This document shows, one piece after another, positions 1-8,134 of a DNA stretch of 17,016 nucleotides; the stretch's first letter is position 1, and each line of letters opens with the position of its first letter. Source of the stretch: Bdellovibrionota bacterium (GTDB taxonomy: Bacteria; Bdellovibrionota_C; UBA2361; OMII01); the NCBI GenBank assembly GCA_044356215.1, contig JBIKWQ010000072.1, forward strand, positions 1 through 17,016, given 5' to 3'. The notes beneath the pieces were generated by a model. The model did no database searches. It was not told the DNA's origin and saw only the letters and a list, made by a program, of their open reading frames with translations. Both the position numbers and the translations under genes were made by a program.

Positions 1-136
1 GCCGGCCGTAGCTTTAGCGAAGGCCGGAGGTGTATCCCCTGTGATACATTGAGGATTTTTTCCCATCTCGAAAACTCGAAGAGCAGCTCAAGATCCACTT
101 TCGCAGTAGGGAGGGGTTTTGCCGGCCTTCCCTAAG
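1..136. repeat. Right part of a composite palindromic (MITE/REPIN-like) repeat, copy 1, truncated by the window start
   Basis: 1-136 aligns directly with 16225-16370 (shared GGCCGTAGCTTTAGCGA, TGTATC..GATACATTGAGGATTTTT, CCCATCTCGAAAACTCGAAGAGC, GCTCAAGATCC, GCCGGCCTTCC). The reverse complement of 62-135 matches 16099-16172 with about 5 mismatches. Confidence 0.9.
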
Positions 137-860
137 CATCTACCGACGCTCGGGGCTCCGATGGCTCCACTACCATCGGCTCCGGAGCGGATTTTACTCG
201 AAATCTCCTCAGCACCTCGTAATCGGCACCTGCCGCTCCACGAAAACGGTCAAAGATACGCTCCATGGCCTGGACCGAGACTACCCCTTGCAGCTTGTGT
301 AGATCGCCTTTGGTTATATGGTGGGGCAGTTTATCGAGAAAGATACTACTAGCGAGAATTAAGGCTACTCCTCCCCAAACAGCTACCAGAGTCGTCGACT
401 TAAACATGCCAAGAAGAGACTTGGAAACCCCCACACACGAAGCAGCCAAGAGCAACATACCAAGCGGCCCCTTCCAACCTGGAATAGTTTTTTCCAGAAG
501 CTGCGGATCTACTACAAGCAATCCGGAAACAAGAAGAGATGCCCCGAGGAGCGCCAAGTAGCAAAGTTTTAAAAGTCCCAAACTCGCCACCGCCGCTGAG
601 ACGAAGGGCCTGATCAGCGACCAGCCTAGACCTGCGGCGATAAGAACACCCCATGAACCTCCGACCAGATAGGCCTGGTGTAGACCATCAAACTGGCGGA
701 GGAAAGGGAGCTCTTTAAGGGGTAGAATCACCGGCGCCGCTACTCCAGCTAGCGCAACGGCGAGTGAAAATTTGCAGATCTTTTTGACTACGAATGCGGC
801 GATGCATAACGCGGCGATAACCACGATGGAGGACTCTGGGGTAGAGAAGATATTAATCAT
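132..860 (-). CDS. Hypothetical multi-pass membrane protein (242 aa)
   Basis: Long ORF with about 6-7 hydrophobic segments and a polar C-terminal tail. GGGAG SD-like sequence just before the ATG. No family recognised. Confidence 0.7.
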   Translation of the reverse strand: MINIFSTPESSIVVIAALCIAAFVVKKICKFSLAVALAGVAAPVILPLKELPFLRQFDGLHQAYLVGGSWGVLIAAGLGWSLIRPFVSAAVASLGLLKLCYLALLGASLLVSGLLVVDPQLLEKTIPGWKGPLGMLLLAASCVGVSKSLLGMFKSTTLVAVWGGVALILASSIFLDKLPHHITKGDLHKLQGVVSVQAMERIFDRFRGAAGADYEVLRRFRVKSAPEPMVVEPSEPRASVDA

Positions 861-1251
861 GCTCCCTAAAACCTCAACGACGTTCTGACGGCCTCACGCT
901 TTGCTTAGCAGAGTTCAGGTTGTTACCCCAATCACTGCCCATGAATTGTATTCGGCCCGCATCGTGTTTCTCTTAACTGCGTTATTAGAACTCTCTAGAG
1001 ACACAAGTAAGATGCGGCCATATCGAGATATGGGTTTAAAGATTACATGGATGCGCCCGGACCTACCGGTGTGAAATGGTAGGCCTAATGCTTAACGCTC
1101 GCCAATAAAACCGTGTAACTACCGCTTGCTGACACAGTATTTTAAAAATTTGGAGTGGTATAGGTACACACCTAAGGCGTTACCGCCGAGGATAGAACAT
1201 GGGATTACCACGCTAGTTCCAAAGAATCCTACCACTACCAAGCAATATCGA

Positions 1252-1290
1252 TTGCAGCACATAATTTATATGCTAAAATGCATATTATGT
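1252..1290 (+). promoter_or_regulatory. Sigma70-type promoter with overlapping palindromic operator for the HTH-MNT/HEPN operon; probable leaderless start at ATG 1287
   Basis: TTGCAG (1252-1257), 16 bp spacer, TAAAAT (1274-1279) preceded by TG-n (extended -10). ATG 1287 follows after a 7-nt gap. Nested inverted repeats ATATGC-taaaat-GCATAT and ACATAAT...ATTATGT. Confidence 0.6.
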
Positions 1291-1841
1291 ATGTTCTCAA
1301 CGTTGAAACTTTAAAAATCAAGGCCCGAGAGCTTGGCTTCGGTGGAATTAAGCCACTAGCTGAACATCTCGGCTTGCACAGAAACACTCTAGATAGATTT
1401 GTTAGGGGCGCTTCAGTTCTGCCACGGAGCATTGAATTGATTATTACAAAGCTCAACATCCCTATTAACGAAGCCCTAAAAAAAAGTGATGAGAATTCAG
1501 ATAACCGAACTGCCGTGATGCCGCTTGTGGAGAAAATACATATGAGATGCCCAGATACATCTATATTCCTCTTCGGCTCGCGCTCCAAAGGCACCTCGCG
1601 GAAATACTCGGATTTCGACCTCGGGATATTTTCCAAACAAGGCCTGCCACTGCATAGATTTCTAGGTATCCTTGAGGATAAGGAACAGTTTGAAGACCAA
1701 TCCCCCCAGCGAATAGATTGTGTTAATTTAAACAACGCTGACAATGAGTTCATCAGGGGCATACTTCCTGATCTAATCCTGCTAGCTGGATATGAGCGGG
1801 ATAGAAAAGAATTAGCCGATCGCATCACGATACAGGATTAG
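1287..1841 (+). CDS. XRE-like HTH fused to a minimal nucleotidyltransferase (MntA-like antitoxin)
   Basis: N-terminal ARELGFGGIKPLAEHLGLHRNTLDRFVRG resembles an XRE/Cro HTH. C-terminal FLFGSRSKGTSRKYSDFDLGI fits the MNT GS-x10-DxD motif, followed by RIDCVNL. The ORF-track start is 1278, but that ATG overlaps the -10 box, so 1287 is preferred. Confidence 0.85.
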   Translation: MYVLNVETLKIKARELGFGGIKPLAEHLGLHRNTLDRFVRGASVLPRSIELIITKLNIPINEALKKSDENSDNRTAVMPLVEKIHMRCPDTSIFLFGSRSKGTSRKYSDFDLGIFSKQGLPLHRFLGILEDKEQFEDQSPQRIDCVNLNNADNEFIRGILPDLILLAGYERDRKELADRITIQD

Positions 1842-1857
1842 TCTTAACGGTTGTTTA

Positions 1858-2232
1858 ATGGGTGACAATACAAGAGACAAACTGGAACAGGCCTTGGCCG
1901 CCCTAGAGCATGCGCTCAGCTTCGAGGGCAAGGTAAAAACAGACGCCTTCTACTTTGGAGGGATCGCCAAGGCATTTGAAACGGCGATCGAATACGCATG
2001 GAAATACTTTCGCGGAGAAGCTATTAACGCGGGATTTGAGGTTACTAGCCCCCGTGAAGCGATTAAGCTAGCGGCCACCATCGGAATAATTGACGAACTC
2101 GATCTGTGGCTCGGATTTCTAAAAACCAGAAATATAGCTGTGCACGATTATATTGGGTTACCCCAGAATGAATACCTAGAGCAGATAAAACTTTTCGCCA
2201 TTTGCGCCAAAAAGATAAAAGGACCTGTTTAG
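1858..2232 (+). CDS. HEPN-domain protein (HI0074-like / HepT-like toxin)
   Basis: 124-aa helical protein with AFETAIEYAWK, SPREAIK and the HEPN R-x4-H-x-Y motif RNIAVHDY. It starts 16 bp downstream of the MNT gene. Confidence 0.87.
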   Translation: MGDNTRDKLEQALAALEHALSFEGKVKTDAFYFGGIAKAFETAIEYAWKYFRGEAINAGFEVTSPREAIKLAATIGIIDELDLWLGFLKTRNIAVHDYIGLPQNEYLEQIKLFAICAKKIKGPV

Positions 2233-2302
2233 GTAGACGAGATCTACACGGCTCGAATGCGCTGTTTCTAAGAACGCATCGCGCAAGAGAGGTTTTGCCG
2301 CT

Positions 2303-2653
2303 CTAAAACAACCCCGGCAAAAGCTGCACGAACTTAGACCTCGGCACAACTTCTCCCAGGTCTCGGGCTTTTGCCTCAATCGCGGTGTCTACATGCACAT
2401 GAGAATAAAAGCTTACCCGCCTCCAACTTTCGCTTGGCAGATCAGATATAAGCTCCTGAACTCTCCCAAGCTCGATAGGACTCCGCTCAAGATCAATTAA
2501 GACAACTCCCGCAGCCTCCCCTTTAAGATCACTTACAGCGATCTGAACAGCAGCTTCGTTCTTAGCCACCACGACACTACCCCCTTTAGCCGCCGCCACT
2601 TCTTTTACTCGGGTGATAAACATTAGGTCCTTTGAGATAAGTAAAGCTTTCAT
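2303..2653 (-). CDS. Small atypical receiver (REC/CheY-like) domain protein
   Basis: 116 aa with a (beta/alpha)5-like pattern: KALLISKDLMF, VVLIDLE (Asp at the phosphoacceptor position), VSFYSHV. The canonical acidic pair and the KP motif are absent. Confidence 0.6.
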   Translation of the reverse strand: MKALLISKDLMFITRVKEVAAAKGGSVVVAKNEAAVQIAVSDLKGEAAGVVLIDLERSPIELGRVQELISDLPSESWRRVSFYSHVHVDTAIEAKARDLGEVVPRSKFVQLLPGLF

Positions 2654-2682
2654 TTGATCATCGCTTATTTAGTCGTTAAACT
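2654..2682 (+). promoter_or_regulatory. Putative sigma70 promoter of upp
   Basis: TTGATC (2654-2659), 17 bp spacer, TAAACT (2677-2682) within a 40-bp divergent intergenic region. Confidence 0.5.
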
Positions 2683-2693
2683 CGCTCTCTACT

Positions 2694-3329
2694 ATGCCAG
2701 ATAAATACGTCACTGTCGTCACCCACCCCCTTGTTCAACATAAATTGACGCGTATGCGCGATGAACAAACTCCAACTCCTGAGTTTCGGCGTCTCCTCCG
2801 TGAATTAAGTATGCTACTCGCGTATGAGGTCACACGAGACCTTCCAGTGAAAATGATCGAGATAAAGACACCCATCGAGAGGATGCGCGCTCCTGTGGTA
2901 GACGATAAAAATATCACGTTGGTCTCAATCCTCCGAGCGGGAAACGGACTACTCGATGGAATCCTTGAACTCATCCCCGAAGCCCGCGTTGGTCATATCG
3001 GTCTGTACAGAGATCCGAAAACTCTCAATCCAGTTGAGTACTACTTCAAAATGCCACCGAATATGGACACCAGTGACGCTATTATCGTTGATCCGATGCT
3101 CGCCACTGGGCACTCCGCGTCAGCAGCTATTACAAGATTAAAGAGGCTGTCTCCCGCGTCGATAAAATTTGTCTGCTTATTGGCTTCACCCGAGGGTATC
3201 GAGGTTCTACGAGCCGCGCACCCTGATGTGGCCATCTATACCGCCGCTGTCGATGAGAAGTTAAACGACCACGGCTATATTGTTCCAGGGCTAGGTGACG
3301 CCGGGGATAGAATTTTTGGAACGAAGTAG
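2694..3329 (+). CDS. upp: Uracil phosphoribosyltransferase
   Basis: [27 protein letters not shown]-binding [12 protein letters not shown] and C-terminal [18 protein letters not shown]. Confidence 0.98.
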   Translation: MPDKYVTVVTHPLVQHKLTRMRDEQTPTPEFRRLLRELSMLLAYEVTRDLPVKMIEIKTPIERMRAPVVDDKNITLVSILRAGNGLLDGILELIPEARVGHIGLYRDPKTLNPVEYYFKMPPNMDTSDAIIVDPMLATGHSASAAITRLKRLSPASIKFVCLLASPEGIEVLRAAHPDVAIYTAAVDEKLNDHGYIVPGLGDAGDRIFGTK

Positions 3330-3334
3330 GAACG

Positions 3335-4735
3335 CTATTCGAGTCCGTACTCTCGGCATTTCGCGATCAGGTTGCTGCGAGCGATACCAAGCTGCCTAGC
3401 GGCCTCGCTCTTATTGCCATCACATCGCGAGATGGCCTTCTCAATCAGCTCTCTCTCTACCTGACTAAGAACGTCTTTTAGCGGCCGATCAACACCAGAA
3501 ACAATCTTAGTCTCCGGCGTCTCAACTCCCGCTACCGTAGGGGATAAACACTCCCGGGCGATAACACTATCTTTGCCACTCATCACACAGGCTCGCTGAA
3601 TCTCATTCTCAAGCTGCCTAATATTTCCTGGCCACTGGTAGCGCTCTAAGCAACTCATAGCATCCGGTGTTATACTCTTCACGCTCTGCTTGGATTTGTC
3701 AGCTATTTTCTTTAGAAAGAATTCAGTCAACAAAGGAACATCACCAGCCCTCTGCCTTAATGGAGGGAGGCGTAAACTCACAACATTTAAGCGGTAATAG
3801 AGATCCTCACGAAAGGTCCCCTGCTTAACCATCGCCTCTAAATCACGATTCGTAGCCGCTATTATTCTCACATCAACACGCTTCTGCTTGGTGCCGCCTA
3901 CCGGCATGAATGTGCCGTCCTGCAGAACGCGCAGAAGCTTCACCTGAAGCGCGGGGCTCATCTCACCTAACTCATCGAGAAAGAACGTGCCGCCATCAGC
4001 GACCTCAAAAAGCCCCTGCTTGTCACGGTTAGCTCCGGTAAAGGATCCTCTAACGTGACCAAAGAGCTCCGACTCTAAGAGATTCTCATTAAACGCCGAG
4101 CAGTTCTGAACCACAAATGGCTTATCATTTCGAGCGCCGTTGGTATGAAGCGCCGTAGCTACCATCTCTTTTCCCGTACCCGACTCTCCTGTAATTAAAA
4201 CTGGCACATCTGAGTCAACGACCTTCGCCATCATCTGATAAAGCTCGCCCATTGATGCGCTTTTTCCGATGATTGAATCAAACGCGAATCCCTCGCCAAG
4301 CTTTACCTGCAACTGCCTATTAATAAACTTCGCGTCTCTTAGTTCGGAGTAGAGCTTTCTAACCCTAAGCGCTGCGTGAACGCGCGCGATTAACTCCGCT
4401 GACTGGTAAGGTTTACAGATGTAGTCATCAGCGCCATTATCGAACCCACGCAGGATATCAGTGAGCTCATCCTTTCCAGTGAGAAGGACGATCGTGATGT
4501 ACTTAAGCTCTTGGTCCGCTTTAAGTCTCTTCGCCACCTCATAACCGTTTGGTTCCGGCATCACAACATCGAGCAGGATCAAATCAGGTCGTTCGTTGCG
4601 AGCTCGCTCTAACGTCTCCTCTCCAGATGACGCCGTCACAACCTGAAAGCCACGCGACAAAAGAAGCTGCTCTAACGCGAACAACGCGTCGGGATTATCA
4701 TCTACCGCTAATATCTTAACCGATGAAGTATCCAA
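3335..4735 (-). CDS. Sigma-54-dependent response regulator (NtrC/AtoC family; REC-AAA+-Fis HTH)
   Basis: REC domain (VDDN, LLDVVMP, KP), Walker A GESGTGKE, ESELFGHVRGSFTGA, Walker B FLDELGE, FREDLYYRL, WPGNIRQLEN and HTH NKSEAARQLGI. TTG start with a GGAGGA SD. Confidence 0.95.
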   Translation of the reverse strand: MDTSSVKILAVDDNPDALFALEQLLLSRGFQVVTASSGEETLERARNERPDLILLDVVMPEPNGYEVAKRLKADQELKYITIVLLTGKDELTDILRGFDNGADDYICKPYQSAELIARVHAALRVRKLYSELRDAKFINRQLQVKLGEGFAFDSIIGKSASMGELYQMMAKVVDSDVPVLITGESGTGKEMVATALHTNGARNDKPFVVQNCSAFNENLLESELFGHVRGSFTGANRDKQGLFEVADGGTFFLDELGEMSPALQVKLLRVLQDGTFMPVGGTKQKRVDVRIIAATNRDLEAMVKQGTFREDLYYRLNVVSLRLPPLRQRAGDVPLLTEFFLKKIADKSKQSVKSITPDAMSCLERYQWPGNIRQLENEIQRACVMSGKDSVIARECLSPTVAGVETPETKIVSGVDRPLKDVLSQVERELIEKAISRCDGNKSEAARQLGIARSNLIAKCREYGLE

Positions 4736-4760
4736 AGTCCTCCGCGGCGATCATCAGGGC

Positions 4761-6014
4761 CTAGCCCTTCATCATATCGAGGAAATCTTTATTGCTCTTG
4801 GTGCCATCTATCTTACTCAACAACCACTCCATCGCCTCAACGGTGTTGAGAGGATTTAGCACCTTGCGAAGCAACCATACCTTCTGCAGAACTGAGTCGT
4901 CTAAGAGGAGCTCTTCGCGACGAGTCTGTGATGCTTTAATATCGAGAGCCGGATAGATGCGCTTCTCTGTTAGTTTCCGATCAAGGACGATTTCTGAGTT
5001 ACCAGTCCCCTTGAACTCCTCGAAGATAACCTCATCCATGCGGCTTCCGGTCTCGATCAGTGCTGTGCCGATAATAGTTAAACTTCCACCCTCTTCAACA
5101 TTTCGAGCTGCACCGAAGAAGCGCTTAGGCTTGTGCAGCGCATTAGAATCAACTCCTCCTGATAAGATCTTGCCACTTGGAGGAACCACGGCGTTATACG
5201 CGCGCGCGAGACGAGTGATCGAATCCAAAAGAATTACCACATCGCGCTTATGCTCAACTAAACGCCTAGCCTTCTCAATTACCATCTCCGCTACCTGTAC
5301 GTGACGCTGAGCTGGCTCATCGAATGTTGAGCTAATAACCTCGCCCTTAACTGAGCGCGCCATATCGGTAACTTCCTCAGGACGCTCGTCGATTAGCAAT
5401 ACAATTAACACAACCTCTTTATGGTTCTCTGTGATCGCGTTGGCGATATTTTTCATCAATATCGTCTTACCTGTCTTAGGTGGCGCAACGATTAACGCAC
5501 GCTGCCCCTTACCGATCGGACAGAAGAGATCCATGATCCGGGTTGATAACCCGCCCTTCTTACTCTCAAGGTTTAACTTTTGGTTAGGATGGAGCGGAGT
5601 TAGGTTTACGAAATCGGTCTTTGTCTTTAAGACCTCAGGTGAATCGAGGTTTACTGATGTAACCTTAACCAACGCGAAATAGCGCTCCCCTTCTTTTTCG
5701 CGCGGCGGCCTAATCTGACCCTCGATGATATCTCCGGTCTTTAATCCAAAACGCCGGATCTGCGCTGGAGATACATAAACGTCGTCAGGCCCCGGGATAT
5801 AGTTATATTCAGGAGAACGGAGAAAGCCGAAACCATCCGGCAACAATTCAAGAACTCCACCGGCGTAGATACTTCCATTTGATTCTGACTGCGCGGCGAG
5901 TATGCTGAATATTAACTCCTGACGGCGCATCGAGTTAGCTGACTCGATATTAAACTCGGCCGCTACCTTCATTAACTCTTCGGTCTTTAACTGCTTTAGT
6001 TCATTTAAATTCAT
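4761..6014 (-). CDS. rho: Transcription termination factor Rho
   Basis: [67 protein letters not shown]. Confidence 0.99.
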   Translation of the reverse strand: MNLNELKQLKTEELMKVAAEFNIESANSMRRQELIFSILAAQSESNGSIYAGGVLELLPDGFGFLRSPEYNYIPGPDDVYVSPAQIRRFGLKTGDIIEGQIRPPREKEGERYFALVKVTSVNLDSPEVLKTKTDFVNLTPLHPNQKLNLESKKGGLSTRIMDLFCPIGKGQRALIVAPPKTGKTILMKNIANAITENHKEVVLIVLLIDERPEEVTDMARSVKGEVISSTFDEPAQRHVQVAEMVIEKARRLVEHKRDVVILLDSITRLARAYNAVVPPSGKILSGGVDSNALHKPKRFFGAARNVEEGGSLTIIGTALIETGSRMDEVIFEEFKGTGNSEIVLDRKLTEKRIYPALDIKASQTRREELLLDDSVLQKVWLLRKVLNPLNTVEAMEWLLSKIDGTKSNKDFLDMMKG

Positions 6015-6170
6015 ACTCTTCCAGGAAAATCCACTAACTCATAGGCACCACTTGGGTGTCGTAACAAAGAGAGCGCTAAAGACGCTTAGCTGCAACGATA
6101 AGTGTGGGGTTTAATTTGGTTAGAACGTAACTACAAGGACTGTGAATAAAAATCTCGCCCTTCTCTACGA

Positions 6171-6199
6171 TTGTTATACAGGGGATAACTTCGTGTCAA
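6171..6199 (-). promoter_or_regulatory. Possible rho promoter overlapping the tsaB 3' end
   Basis: Perfect TTGACA on the minus strand (6199-6194) followed by TGTATAACAAT. The -10 spacing is non-ideal (TATAAC at 15 bp, TAACAA at 17 bp). Confidence 0.4.
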
Positions 6200-6908
6200 G
6201 AGCAATCCTCTCGCGGATCGATTTAGCCGCTACTGCCCTGATGTAACTAGGTTCAAGCTCCGCCACATCGGTGACCAGAAACCCCGAATCAGCAATTTGA
6301 GCTGGTTGCCGAAGAAGGCCCGGAGCTACCGCTGGCAACGGTCTCAGCACCCCCGCCGCTAATCCATCTATCTGAAAATCACGCTGCATCGAAATTACCA
6401 GGCCCTCTGGATGGGCGGCCTTCCAGCTAACTACATCACTGGCCGGCAGGATGGCCGGCTGCCTAACCTCACTGAATGCACCATCTTGATCTCTGGAGTA
6501 TTCCCCGAGGAACACCTCATCGCGCCGGGCGTCAGCGATTACCAAACAATTCGCTATCCCTGGTTCATCACCGTCGTGTAGCCCGACCCACCCTGCGGCC
6601 GCAAAAGAGGAGACACCGACAAGCGGGATCTTAAGCGCCACCGCCAACCCTTTCGCTAAACTCATTCCGATCCTCAAGCCTGTAAACGATCCGGGCCCTA
6701 CCCCAATACGGATCTGAACCAAGTCATTCGCTTTGATTTTGGCGCTCTCAAGTAGATCTACAACCATGCCGGAGAGTCGCTCAAAGTGATCTCCATCCCC
6801 TTGAGACTCTAGGGAAGAAACCGCCCCGCTACCATCAGATACCGCGACGCTGCAGTATGAGCCACTGGTATCGATCGCGAGAACTGTTAATGGAGGGTTA
6901 GCACTCAC
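6174..6908 (-). CDS. tsaB: tRNA threonylcarbamoyladenosine biosynthesis protein TsaB
   Basis: LAIDTS, GVGPGSFTGLRIG, DARRDEV and C-terminal LEPSYIR. Confidence 0.95.
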   Translation of the reverse strand: MSANPPLTVLAIDTSGSYCSVAVSDGSGAVSSLESQGDGDHFERLSGMVVDLLESAKIKANDLVQIRIGVGPGSFTGLRIGMSLAKGLAVALKIPLVGVSSFAAAGWVGLHDGDEPGIANCLVIADARRDEVFLGEYSRDQDGAFSEVRQPAILPASDVVSWKAAHPEGLVISMQRDFQIDGLAAGVLRPLPAVAPGLLRQPAQIADSGFLVTDVAELEPSYIRAVAAKSIRERIALDTKLSPV

Positions 6909-6916
6909 CTTTAAGG

Positions 6917-8122
6917 CTATAGGAAAACTCTTACCAGATCATTGCCGAGCGCAAATACCATTAGACTTAAAAGTATTACCATGCCGACATTGGTGGCGGC
7001 TATCTGAGCGCGCATACTTAGAGGCTTTCCGCGCAATTGCTCCAGCGTAAAGAAGACTAAGTGCCCTCCATCCAGAACAGGGATCGGTAAGAGGTTCATT
7101 ACAGCTAGGGTGACGTTTAAGAATATCATAATACCAACGATCGCCATCCACCCTTCATTGGCGCTGGCAGCAGTCTGCTTGATGATCTCTATAGGCCCCC
7201 CGATCGTTTTAGTTGGTGATAGCAGACCTGTGAGCAACCCACGCAACACCCTGATGGTCTGCGCTGATAATTCATATACCTGCCTGCCAGCGGCGCCCGC
7301 TGCTGATAGACCATCTATCTTTGTGTATTTGACATTAGCCATTCCTGGCGTAATACCGATCCGATAAGTTTGATTTACCTCGCGACCCTCCAAGACATCC
7401 AACTCGGGACTGGCGTCCGCTAGGGGCTGCACAGGTATAACTAATTCCTCATCCTGCTCCGCCCCTTCCGTGCTAGCTGCACCCTTTGATCTGCGAATCG
7501 AAACCTGAAGCGCCTTGCCTCCCGAAGATCGCACCACATCAACTAGCTCTTTGAATGATTGAACTGCTTTGCCGTCAATAGAAACGACCCTATCTCCACT
7601 CTTTAGCCCCGCGACTTCCGCTGGCATTCCTTTTTGTATCGCGCCGATCGTTACAGGACCATCGATCACGTTTGGCATCCCCACGACCATATAAGTCGCG
7701 AACGCCAAAACCCAAGCAAATAGGAAGTTAGCTACTGGACCAGCTAAAACAATCGCTATTCGCGGCAAATAAGATTTCTTTAGGAACCAACGACTCTCAT
7801 CCTTTAAAAGCTTCTGCTGCTCTGGAGATAGGCCCTCTTGCGTTCCCTCAATCGGCGAAGCACCAGCGACCTTACTATCATCCGCTGTTCCTTCACCATA
7901 AACCAACCCGGGGTCATCCCCGGTCATCCGCACAAATCCACCGAGCGGTATAGCGCGTAGCGAATAAGCAGTCTCTTTCCCCTGCCACCTTAACAACACC
8001 GGGCCAAACCCAAGCGCAAACTCAAGAACTCCAACACCGAAAAACTTGGCGACTAAGAAATGCCCTAGCTCATGAACAAAAACCAGAGCGCCTAAAACTA
8101 AAACTGCTGTAACTATTCCCAT
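6917..8122 (-). CDS. rseP: RIP metalloprotease RseP (site-2 protease with PDZ domain)
   Basis: HELGH zinc motif, FALGFGP, IPLGGFVRM, AGPVANF, PDZ (PAEVAGLKSGD) and NLLPIPVLDGGH. Located downstream of dxr. Confidence 0.96.
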   Translation of the reverse strand: MGIVTAVLVLGALVFVHELGHFLVAKFFGVGVLEFALGFGPVLLRWQGKETAYSLRAIPLGGFVRMTGDDPGLVYGEGTADDSKVAGASPIEGTQEGLSPEQQKLLKDESRWFLKKSYLPRIAIVLAGPVANFLFAWVLAFATYMVVGMPNVIDGPVTIGAIQKGMPAEVAGLKSGDRVVSIDGKAVQSFKELVDVVRSSGGKALQVSIRRSKGAASTEGAEQDEELVIPVQPLADASPELDVLEGREVNQTYRIGITPGMANVKYTKIDGLSAAGAAGRQVYELSAQTIRVLRGLLTGLLSPTKTIGGPIEIIKQTAASANEGWMAIVGIMIFLNVTLAVMNLLPIPVLDGGHLVFFTLEQLRGKPLSMRAQIAATNVGMVILLSLMVFALGNDLVRVFL

Positions 8123-8134
8123 AGGTTCCTACTT

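Noticed and set aside
1235..1828. 197-aa minus-strand ORF
   Set aside because: Antisense shadow of the HTH-MNT gene, which has clear motifs. The shadow ORF is Ser/Arg-rich with no domain.
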